From: Chrysomallon squamiferum
Lineage: Eukaryota; Animalia; Mollusca
Assembly: GCA_012295275.1 (NCBI GenBank)
Contig: CM022671.1
Coordinates: 24,490,001-24,554,000, forward strand
DNA length: 64,000 nucleotides
Direction: 5' to 3'
The notes under the pieces: generated by a model
The model's input: the letters and a program-made list of their open reading frames with translations, nothing else
Told to the model about the DNA's origin: nothing
The model's database searches: none
Made by a program: the position numbers and the translations under genes
Shown here: piece by piece, positions 25,081 through 37,539 of the stretch
Layout: each line of letters opens with the position of its first letter
How positions within the stretch are numbered: the stretch's first letter is position 1

Positions 25081-28000
25081 TATTTTGAAAACTGAAGATA
25101 TCGAGACAATTATGGATGGAAAATAAAATGTAACATTAGCCTAGATTAGGGACATCTTTTTCCATCATTTTGAGGTAGTCCGCATAATCCAACCTCAAAC
25201 ATAAGTCATTATGGCGATCCAACACTGAACTGATCATCTTTCAAGTGGTAAAGATAACAATTAGCATACTTGCATCTGTTTGATAGAATTTAAAAGACAA
25301 GATGAAGAACAATTTAATGTCAAGCTTTTTCATTCATGTCATGTATGCAGCTTAAGTGAATCAAGCATGTTGAAAATTTGTAATTTTTTAAACATTGCCA
25401 TAGATATAGAAAAACTCAACAAAATCAAAATATTCGTGGATTTACACTGTTTTATGCAGGAATACCAAGACATAACATAATAAAAGCCAATGAACAGCCA
25501 GAAATTGTGCACATCATTGATATGCATGGTGATTATCTCCAGATACCTAATTATTGTCAAATAAAGATGTATTTTATATGAATCAAGACGTTTAGTCCCA
25601 GATGAAATAACACCAAAAAGTTTGAAGATATTAAAAAAAAAAAAAAACCTGACAAAGATACTGTATTTCAAATATGTCAAAAATCCATTCCGTATGTTGG
25701 TATTTTAAAAAAAATTGGAAATAGTCAACCGTAAGTCACAGAAACCTTATTTCAAGAGATAACTTTGCATGATCTGTTCTGTAAAGTGTTCTTTATAATG
25801 ACCTTAATATAGGTTGAGTTGTCATTCCTGAGGCGTCATTTTTCATGGATCAGGCATTATTGCTTCACTTCAGATGGCTATTAAGCAATAAATACTGGGG
25901 TTATTTGTCAAACAAAAGGCAGAATTTGAAAGAAGATACATCTAAATGTTCCATTTGAATAATCGATTCAGCATAATCAACCATTTCCATTTTTGTTATA
26001 TTGATTCTAATATTTAGTTGTAATTTTTATCCTTTTTCCTGTTTTGCTTTTTTTCAGATTTTCAATTACATCTTTATGATAAAATTCCCATCCAAAATAA
26101 ATTGATATTTCATCTCATTCTGCTTTTAAACATATATTAAATTAATGTAGCATTTTGAAATTGGGAATTCACCATTTCTGGAAAAAAGTAAGTGGTGTTA
26201 CGTTGCTAGTGTAAAATGCAAATTTGTTTTAGTCAGCAGACTGCAAGTCCAAATAAACATAGATTACACTTGTATTAAATAACTTTGTATTTTATTTGCA
26301 TATCATATTAATTTATACTTTTGTTCTGATGATTACAGAATATGGTTATGCAGGGCCATCTGCTGGAGGCCAACCTGGGTAAGTTTAGTTTTTAAAAAGC
26401 AGAGAAAATATAATCTTTTAAGAGAAATTGAAAATCTGTATCACAGCTATTTTCATTATTATATGTATTTTGTGTACATTAAAATTATTATCTTCTGTTA
26501 AAACATTGGCTAACAGCAATAAAATTGCCGTGAAATTTTATAAGTACAACTGTTTTACATATTTAAAGTAGTTGCATTCTCAGTTTATCAGGGATTTGGG
26601 AAGGTTTCTCTTACACACTTCTGTGAACTGTTCTATCATACATTATTTTTAACAAAGAAAATTTGAAATTAGAATTGAATCAAAAGTATTTATATGATAA
26701 GGCCACAGGCTTTTTAAATTTTATTTGAAATATTTCTGTCTCTTCAGGTATGGCACAGCAGGTGGTTACAGTGCAAGTGCTGGTGGTGCTGCTGATGCTA
26801 GTGGTTATTCACAAGCCTCCTATGGACAGGCGGTTAGTTTTACAGTTAATGAGTTTTTTTCATTTGTTTTTAATAAAATTTTCATCCAATGTTTTTAAAA
26901 AATAAATTTAAAAATTCATTTTGCACATGGCTGATGTTGATTAAAAAAAAATATATATATGTATATATGTATATCTGTTCCTTTTTAACGGACTCATGTC
27001 ATGTAAGAAACAAATGAAGAATTAAAGTATGATATTAATACAGTTTCTGGTGTTTGTTTAGACATCAAAACAAAATGTATTCTTATAGGTGAATTAATAA
27101 GTTATTTGTATATGTATAAATTTGAAAAGTTTTAATCAGTTGGTTAATATAATTAACATGACTAATATAATTACTTTTGTTAACAAATAATAAATACAAC
27201 CAGCACCAGATTACAATCTTTTTTTAGAAGTTTAACATCATGATATTTTAATTCTGCAATTTTAATGTAAAGTATTTGCTGTAACCTGTCTGAAATACAC
27301 TTTTTTGTACGCTGCACAATGCACATATGAATAAATAAAAAAAAAGATATAAAACTGGATTTGTTTATAATGTGGGGATTGGCATACACCTTTCATTATA
27401 TTTGTTAATACTGCAAAATAATAGTGTAGGTTACAGCAAAAAGGTTTATATAAAATAGCATAAGATTGCCACCTTGATAAAACATAGATCTGTTCTTCAG
27501 TTCTTTGTTTGTCTATATTGGTGTGCAGGGTTACTCTGGCCAATCGTATGCTGGTTATGATCAGACTTCCTATTCACAGACTGGAGGGCAAGGGCAAGTA
27601 GCACAAGGACAGTATGGACAGTCAGGCTACGGACAAGGATATGATCAAACAGGTAAGAACTGATTCCATTTAATTTTTATATTTTAAATTTGTTATAATG
27701 TTTGTCTAACTCAGTCACTATACTTGTTTAAATACTCATATTCTATTGGGTAACTGGCAGCCTAACTAACATAACTGGTCAAAGCTATTAAAAGTGTTTA
27801 CTACTCGGCATTAGGATTATAGTTAACATAGTACTGCAGAGGAGTATAGTTAAACATCAAATGTTTGCATTCCTTTTAAGTAATATTTATATACATATGT
27901 AGATACATACATATAAATACACATATACACATATACACACATTATGTAAATAAAGTAATACTGTGCTGTATAACGATGTTTGACCCATCTGGGTTTTTAC

Positions 28001-31000
28001 ATATATATTAGATACTGACAGCCTAGCCAATATAATTGGCTGAAGCTGTTTAAAGTTCAGATTTTGTCCCTTTTCCTCCACTCCCAAATCCCTTCTAGAA
28101 ATCCTACCATAAAAAACAAATACATGGAAATAATGATCATTATGTGTTCTTTTAAATGGTGATGGTGTTCTTGTAGTATGTTAAATCAGTTCTTTGTACG
28201 AGAGTGTTAAACATGGTGGGGGTAAATGTACTTTTTCATGCCTTCAAACTAGTTCTGAAAAAAAAACTGGCTCAAAATAAAACCTATGTTCATGGGATCA
28301 TACAAAAGATCATTCAATTACCTTTCGAACAGTGTGCGACACTACAGTGTGTTTTCTTTGGCGAAAAGAAGCTTCGCGTTTGTAAGTAGCACATGCTGAG
28401 TGAAATCGCCATCAAGTGAAGTTTTCTACAGACTGAAATTGCAGTAAATTTTATGTACAGCTAGAAAGGTCTGGCATTGTTTAAAATGATTATATTTATA
28501 TGTTGTTTATATTTTTAATAACTTGTTGGCTGTATGTTTTTCTTCAATGTTCCTACTTTTAGTGTATACATTATAGCACGTGCGTAGTGAAATAGAGTTC
28601 TGAAATAAATGAATTAACATTGTTTTGCTGATTACTGTCTTCCGTTTAAATACTGCTTTCAAAATTCTTGTGATAAACACAATTAAGAATCATAAATATA
28701 ACAAACTATACTACATTATAGAATAATGTATTCATTGGTATTGATGGAATGCCAAAAAAAAATCTAATCACTTTTTAAAAAATATAAAATCATAACTTGA
28801 TCAGTTTTAAAACATTATTTTTGGTTGTTGATAAGCTCTATCAAAGAAAACTTCAACAATTATCAGATGATACATAACTTTTGTTTGCTGTCAAATCACG
28901 GCAAGTATAAAGATAAAAAAAATTCTTATGTATTGCAGAGGATTATGGTTAAACATCAGATGCTTGTAGACCTTTTAACTAACATTTATATATATATGAT
29001 ACATACACATGATAGTATCTTAACTCGTTACTACTAATTATTTAATAATGTGAAAATTCAAGCTGCTTGTGTAAATAAAGTTGTGCTGTTCTATGTGAAT
29101 TGAAAAGGTAATATTTTTTTTTTATGGGCTTTGTAGAAATTTCTTATTAAAAATGTTATATTCAAGTATGTCATTTGAAAAATCTTGATAAATTGTTCAC
29201 AAGGTAGAATTTATCAAATAAGACAAAAACTGAAACCACAATGTCTGTTTGCACTTTTAATCATTCTGCCATGTGTCATTTTGAAGATTGTGGCATGTTT
29301 GCCATGTTATTGTGAACAAACACACAGGTCTAAAAACAAAATTGCACTCATTTATCAAGTTGATCCCATCACTCTTGTTGATTTTCAGCCTTTTGTGTCA
29401 ATTACTTTTCAAACTACAGTTTGCCAAAGTAGCCCTTTCTGTTAATTAGCCAAAATAAGGCTGAAAACCGACCAAATACCTGTGGTACCGATTTGCATAT
29501 GTCTTTTGAACCACTGGAGATAGTAATAATTTTTTGCGTGTTTTCGTTCTTTTTGCTACGGTTTTCATCATGTGCTATTTTTTTTGACATGTGTGAAATT
29601 AGTCAGAAAAAATTTGCTTGCCAATATAGATATAAATGCACCCCATGTCATTTAACAATCTAAAAATAGACCGACTCTAAAATAAAATGTGTCTGAAGTT
29701 CAAAGGTTTTAAACTATAAATAATAATTAATAATAATAAAAGATAAACCAATACTTTTTTTTTTTTAACATTCTTTCAGTGAATGCAATGGTGGCAGATG
29801 TCCTGCTTTTACATATGTAAAAAAAATAAAAAAAATTGTTATATTGTAATTAGTACTTGATGAAACTACACTGACTTGTTTTCTCAAAGTATTTAAAGTG
29901 CCAAAAAATAAATGGTTGCTAAGAAATGAACACATAGGTACACTTACTAACATTTTTACTTCAAATTGAAAAGATAATTTTTTTATGGGGAGAAACTTTT
30001 TTTTTATCATTTGAAAGATCTTGACAAATTGTCTACAGCACTGAAGTTTTAAAATGAAACTGAAAACAGTGTCAGTCTGCAGCTTTCATAAATCGTTTTC
30101 TTGCATATTATATAAAATTAAATTAACTGAAACTGAGGCTGCCAGTACCCAATTCTTTACTGTTTCTGCTTTTCTCCTCTCCGCAATATTAAAATTATCA
30201 GTCATGATCTTAGATACCTGTTAATTGCAACACAGATTAATGCAAAACATAAGTTAGAGATTACTAGGATCTGGTATTTTATTTTATTCTTCTTGTATGT
30301 TAAAAGGCCAGGCCAGCCAACAAGCTTATGGTCAAAGTACGGGTTATGGTCAATCCGGAGATGCTTCTGGATATGGTCAGCAACCTGGTGGATATTCCCA
30401 ACAGTCAGGTATAGTCACTGTAAAGTTATCAGTCTAATTGTAAAATGAGGGTTATATTTTTGACATCATAAAAAGAGAGGTTTGTTCTAGATTATCTAGA
30501 TAATCTTTATTAAAGATTCATTTTTAAAATTCATAAAACCTGATTTTATTAATGAATCTAAGAAATAACACATTTGTTTTGTCTTTTCCACTAATTTTAA
30601 CATTCTGACATTAAATATTAAATCTCTACTTCTTTTTGGTTGTTTTGTATACTTGTTTTCTAATGACGTGGTGGTGGTAGAGCAGCTTGTTTTTATTGAG
30701 AAAAGAAAAAGATGTGAATGACTTTCTTTGTTGCACTTGACCTTTTGTTTAAAATCATATGCAGTAACCATGAATGCTGACTACCACAGGTATTTTTTTT
30801 TTTTTTTTTGTACACTATTTCAAGTACTTAAAAAAAAAATACTGATTACAGCTATTATATTGGAGAAAAAAGTAATAACTGATTGTATTGACTGGTAAAA
30901 CAGGTATGAGTGGCATGCAATACGGTCAGAGATCTGAGCATTATGGACCACAATACTTTTCCCGATCTCAGTCAGGTATGTCTTTGTTTGTGTTCAGTGG

Positions 31001-33259
31001 CATCATGATCCATATACTATAGAATTTCAAGTTAGTATTGCCACATTATTCACAGAATGATGAGGTAAACCACTTTCAGAATTCTAAGGTGTTGTTGTAA
31101 AAGCTAGAATAATCTAGGCTTACAAGCTAATGCCATTTGTTTCACTTTTCGTTGTAAGTGCTTTAAAAGGTAGTGTAAGATGTACCATATGATTTAAGGG
31201 CAACCATTTCAGTATTTAACTATTTTGATTTCTGAAATTGGTTAAAAGATCATTGGCATTTTTATATATATTTTACATTTTTAAAATGCCAATATAATTT
31301 GCATGGTCACAAACTTGGAACAAGAATGGTGCATGATTTTTTTTCTATTTAACAGTTAACTATTTTGCACTAGTTCACATATTTACATCTACCTTAGTTT
31401 TGTTGTGCTTGGCTTGGCTGTAAAAGATTTTATTTTAATGATTTTTCTTGTTAATACAAATGTTTTTATTTCATTGTTTCAGTTGTGTGTTTATTTTGTT
31501 TTGATTCTGTCTGGTGTTTTTTTGTTTTTACTTATTTCCAGATATTGATGTGGTTTGCACACTAAAGTTTTAATTTTAATTAAAACCATTTAAATTGTCA
31601 CTAGCAAAAAATTAATAGGATATATTGTGAAAATGGGATAATACACTAATATTTGTATTTTCAGTAGAGATTTACAGTTACTTCATCTTTTTTACATAAC
31701 GTTTGGAAGATCACCTTTGCAGGCACTGGTAAAACATAACATCAGAAACTACAGTTCTGTATATATATTTTATTTGTATAGGCTATGGCCAAGGACAGAC
31801 CAGTTCACAAACTTATGGTGGGGGTGGCTATGGACAGCAAGGTTACAGTGCACCAGCTCAGGGAGGCAGTAGTGGTTATTCCAGTCAGTCGTCTGGAGGA
31901 TATGGAGGTGGTGGTGGCAGCAGTTCACAAGGTGGTTATGGAGGTGGGCCACAAGGCGGCTACAGTGGAGGACCACAGGGAGGGAGTTCACAGGTAGACT
32001 GCAGATAATTTCCTATTAACTGTTTTAATTTTAGTGGTAGTAAATTTTCAGAAAACTTGTGGGAGAAACTCACTCTACGAAATTATATCAAATAATATAT
32101 ATTTGATTTCTGATCTGAAAATCTTATTATTTATTAGAAAAATTAAACATTTGTTCTAAAACAAATTTGTTTGTTTGTAGGGTGGATATGGCAGTGGCTC
32201 AGGAGGAGGTGGTGGTGGTGGTGGTGGTAGTTATGGTAGTAGTTCTTACAGTCAGAGAAGTGGTGGCAGTGGTGGATATGATGGAGGCAGCCGAGGTAAG
32301 TTAATACATTTTTTTTTCTTCTTCTTTCTTAGGTTAAAGCCGGCATTATATGCTACATAACGCATGCTGTGGCAGTATTATTTAAATTGTTACTGAAATA
32401 TAGAGCTCTCTAACATGTAAAAACTAATGAATATTCTAGTTTTCATCCTTTGTTTTAATATCAACAGTTCTTATGCCATTCTTGTCATGAAACTAATTTT
32501 CTGATCTAGTTGTGGCACTGAAGTAGGTGTGAGGACACTGTATTTGTGATTATTTTTTTCAGATTTTGGTGGTCGTGGGGGTGGAAGCCGTGGAGGTGGA
32601 GGATTTGGCGGGTAAGTGCTGGTCACATGACATTTATAAAATCAGAAAACTTGAAGCAATGATAATGTTATTTTAATGTAAACCAAAAAAAATGGGACAT
32701 TTTTCTATTGCTTGGCAGTAAAATAAATCCCATTTAGCCATAAATATTCAATAGCAAAGTTATAAAAAATATATACAAGAAGATACATAAAATTGTAAAT
32801 AATACACGTTTGATGTGTTCTGTGGTTATGTAACTGAATCCACAAGGTACTAGTTGCATTCATTTTTTTCAAGATTATTAAACATTTCTCAGGTCAATTT
32901 TCGCTTTAGAATTTGCTGTTAATGAATACAGATATTTTTATACATTGTAATCCAATCATTTTTGAAATGTTGGTTCATTTTTCATCAATGGAAGATATTT
33001 ATGAATATTTTTATAACTTCAATATACAACAAAAAACGGGTGATTTGTAGATGCACATTAGATTTGTAAGCAAAACAATCTTTTTTTTCTTTTTTTTCAC
33101 ATTTTAGCGAGACTACTCCACTTGAATGGTTTGTTCAGTGTATATTTTAAACTATATTGTCAGATTAGTCTTGAAAAATATTTCATTGAAATCTCCATGG
33201 GTCTTAGTTGCCTGTTCTTTATTATGTATTCATCTACTTTTTCATGGTTCTAAAATATG

Positions 33260-33302
<43 letters not shown>

Positions 33303-36300
33303 TTAATATGAATATGTTGAAAATAATGTGGTTTTAAAAAGATTTTTTTTTTTTCTCTTTAATGTTTTTATTTTGTTTAAAATCTTTAAGAAATCATTAC
33401 ACTTATATTATTTTGAGTGTGTGTATGTTTGTGTGTGTGAAACAATCTGTGTTCATATTCATGTTTAAAACTTGTTTATTTCTAGCAGGGTATGAAACAC
33501 TGAGCAAGGCGCCAGTTCAAACATGACAATTTTTAAAATAATATATAATAAGGTGGTTTGTATGCTTTTAATGGGACTCACTGGACATTTAGGTTTATCA
33601 TTCAGTATGTATTATTTGGTTGCTACTGCAAAGTTAAAAAGGAAAAAAATGTATCAGTATTTTAAGCTTACATTGTTGCTAATGCTTTTTTCAGTTACTT
33701 TTTTTTTTTTTCTATTAAACAAGAATGCACTGAAAATTCTTTATTAAATTGTTTTTAAATTAAATGTTTTGTAAATTTTATTCATATATTTTTATTACAT
33801 TTTTTTTTTTTTTTTTTTTTACTAATCTGATAGTTCTGTTAAGTAGCATACTGCTTTTATTTTATAACAGCCAGTGGTGATATTTTTATTAAATATTTTC
33901 TGATTTATGAAGGAGATAATAATGACATTGGTACATGCCTCTTTTTAAAAAAAAATTAAATTTAAAGAAAACAGTTTGTTGAATGGATTTTATCAGGATA
34001 GTGACAATATTTTTGATATTTTATATAAATTGAATATATTGGCACTGAATTTGTACTTAACCATTTGGTCAGTAGATATTTATATTACATGCTTAAAAAT
34101 AAATGGGGTAAATATATAACTTGGGTGCTTCTGTTTTATTCAGTTTTAAAAATAAATAAAAAATGGGTTTTTGTACATAAAATAATGAATGTTAGTAGTA
34201 CATTTTTATGCTATATTTCCTTCGAAATTTTTTTTTCATTTTTCTTTTTTAATTATTATATCTGAATGCCAATATTTGTTTAAAATAAAGTAGTACAATA
34301 AATGCTATTGAAGAGGAAAGAAATCTTCCATTTTCCTTTATTTTTAGGTTTAAAATGTATAAACATAGAACTTTTTCACAGGCTGCAAGATTTTTAACTT
34401 ACAATAGCATTTGTATGTCCTCAAAATTATTGTTATGCTTGTGAACAATATTGATAATCCATAACCATACACAGAGAATTCCATGTTTGATTTTCTCATT
34501 AATGTCTGCATGCATACAATCACCATAGAACCGACATATAAGCATGCATTATAATTTTATGTTGATATACATGATTCACTTACATATTATAACTTCACTT
34601 TCAGGAATGTGATTTTTAACGATTCATATAATATTAGAACAAGTCCAACTGTAGAATTGTAGTTCTTGATTTTCCAGTTATTTTCATTGTTAATTTCTTC
34701 TTATTTGATTTTCATTAAAATGTATTGAATCTTCATATTAATATTTTTATTTTTCATAACTGTCCTGCTGCTATGGCTTTTCTTTTTCTTTCTTTGAAAA
34801 TGAGTTATTTTCAGGTTATTTATTTTTTATTTATGGTATTATGATTTAAATATTTGTTTTGCACAGAATGAATTTATTTTTTGTCCAGTGAGTACCCTAA
34901 AAGCAGTAACTTCAGGTTTCACATATATAGTATTATAACATGAGTATTTAAAACACAAAAAAGGTTTTTCTCGTACAGTGGCTCTGAATGTTATGCATAT
35001 GCATTTTGGTATGAAACAATCGGTAAACAAAGATTATCAGTTGTTTCGTAAAACTTATTAATGACAGTGTCATCATTTTTGGTCCTTTATACATGTATGT
35101 ATTAATGCATTTTTCTTTTTGAATCAATATTATAAAATGTTATTATTGTTAATATTCTGGGGTTTTTGTGGTTGTTCTTTTTGGAAATAGCTTTTTATGT
35201 CCTCAAAATTATTGTTCTGCTTGTGAACAACATTGATAACCATACACAGATCATTCTGTCTTGCCTTTACATCTTGCAAGATATTTTTCTGTGATTTTAA
35301 TTTTTAAAGTAATTAAATTTCAGCTTAGTTATATATATTGTCTTACAATTGGTATTTTGATGTTGTTATCTTTAAAAACTATTTAAAAATCAGATTTGTT
35401 TTAATCAGGTAGTAATAACTATATATAGATTATATATATATTTTGGAAGAACTTAATTGTTAATTCAATAACTGAATATAGCACAACTAATTTATTTTTT
35501 TTATTTATTTTATTTATGTATTCCTCTTCTCTAACTTCATAACTGGATTCTAATATAATATATAAAGCTGGTACAAAAAAAAAACATTTAATTACAGAGA
35601 GAATCATGTTTTATTTTGATGGGGGTCTTTTACTTAACTGGAATGTAAATTATAGATAGACATTTTATTAACTTGTGTTGAAATAAAAAAAAGGAGAAAA
35701 TAATATTGATGTGGAGAATGATATGAATATTGAACAGATTTTTAAAGATCAATGTTGAAATAAATTTGACTGTTCCTGAAGTTTTTCAACAGATGGACAT
35801 ATGAAGAAGAAAAAAATCAGCATTTTAGTACTTGTATATATAAATTGAAATTAAACTTTCCTGGTCAGAGGACTTGAAATGTGTGAGTACTAGGAATATT
35901 AATGCATAGAAGAGAAGAATTTTCAACATGGATGCAGAAGTGTGCTATTATAGAATTCCATTATAGTGAAAAAATGGTGAAACAAAATGAAATGTCTGCC
36001 CTTCTCAAGTCGCTTCCAACATTGTTAAGAGAACAATGAAGAAAAGGTTTGTATATTAGTCACCATCAAAAGAAAATAGCTGGTGAAAGATGCACTGTTG
36101 CTTATATTTTCAGCTGAAATGTAAAGCAACAGGCATTGTTAGCATACATCTTCCTAAAATGTTTTTTTGTAGCAAATGACAAATATTTAGATTTTTGCTT
36201 ATGAGATAATTTATTTAATGTTGTGTACTTGTGTAATCTGTTTTGTGGATAATTTATTACAGTATCATAAGAATAGCTTATTTTTATGGTTGTTCCAGAT

Positions 36301-37498
36301 CATCCTTGCATGTAAAAGCTTAGACATCCTATTTGCATACATCTGTTCACAAAGATAAGATATTTTTTAATTAGTAGTTGACATATCATGAATTGCTGTT
36401 TGGGATAAACTCATCTGCTAGTGCTCACCTGAGCCACAATGAGCACAGAGAGCTCAGTGGGATATTTTTATTTCAGTTACTTTTGAGCTCTCAGGTTCAA
36501 ACTTTAAAAGATTGTGTTTCTGATATATAGTGTGTGTGTAAAAGATCCCTTCCTGCTAATTTTTAACAGTAGTAGATTTTGTTATACTTCTGGGTTATTT
36601 CAATTTCCAGGTGGTGCCAAACATTTTTGTTTAAGCATCACACATGAAATTTTGGTAATTGCTTTCCTTCTTTGTTATAACTAATAACTGTTAATATTAG
36701 AATGATTTGGCAATTTTTAATATTGATTGCTGTTTATTAAATTATTTTACATCTAATGTACATCTTTAAAAGAATCTAATATGTTAATATTAATGGCTAT
36801 GAATAATGTTCCTGTATTTTTATTTTTATTTGTTTTGTGAAAATCTGAAAATGTATTTTTGATGTAATTATGTGTTTGTACGATATAGATAATTACTTGT
36901 TTTGATGTACAGTTGTTGTTTTTTTTAATCTGATAAAAGTTCATAATCGTTTTAGCAAACTGACTTGTATGGTGTACTTGCATAGACATATCAGAGCCAC
37001 AGTTAGTAACATTGGTTTACATTTTTAAAAACAATTTTTTGAATATTTTTCCTGCTTGGTTATTTTCTTTATTTTAAAAAAACAAAGGTACAAAGTAGAA
37101 TGTTGCCCGACTGAGCAACATGGTATATATTTTCTTTTTTTGTATGGGTTGGTTAACATTTTAAAAAAATGAAAGCAAAAATATATTAAATCACACAAAA
37201 AAAATATTTTAAAAACACTGGTGTAACAAAAGCGTGTTGACGCTGGTTGCATAGCCTGCAGTACTACAATTTTGAATGACCACGTGTGGTATAAATGACT
37301 CATCCATCGTCTAATTGTTACAGCGGCGGTCGTGGAGGTTACAACAAAGGTTATGGCAGTGGTAAGTGCGAGGATCAGGGACATCTTTCATCCCGTGACC
37401 TGTGCAATTTACTATTTGACTATTGTAAGGGGAAGAGCATGATTTTTTTAATAAACTTGAGTGAAACATTTTTATATAAACGTACCATGCATGAATAA

Positions 37499-37539
<41 letters not shown>

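Noticed and set aside
28405-28420. CTCF-like words (CGCCATCAAGTG; also GCCACAGGTGGCA at ~24276)
   Set aside because: Partial matches only; cannot be distinguished from chance without PWM scoring or ChIP data.
31770-31991. Antisense His-rich ORF, and other antisense ORFs over exons (3436, 8405, 11132, 14371, 21962, 41643, 55934, 61368)
   Set aside because: Shadow ORFs on the opposite strand of real exons or the transposase relic.
25148-37388. Shared 12-mer AGGGACATCTTT in FET intron 1 (25148) and after the 38-nt exon (37377)
   Set aside because: Several 12-mer matches are expected by chance in a 17-kb gene; no extended similarity.
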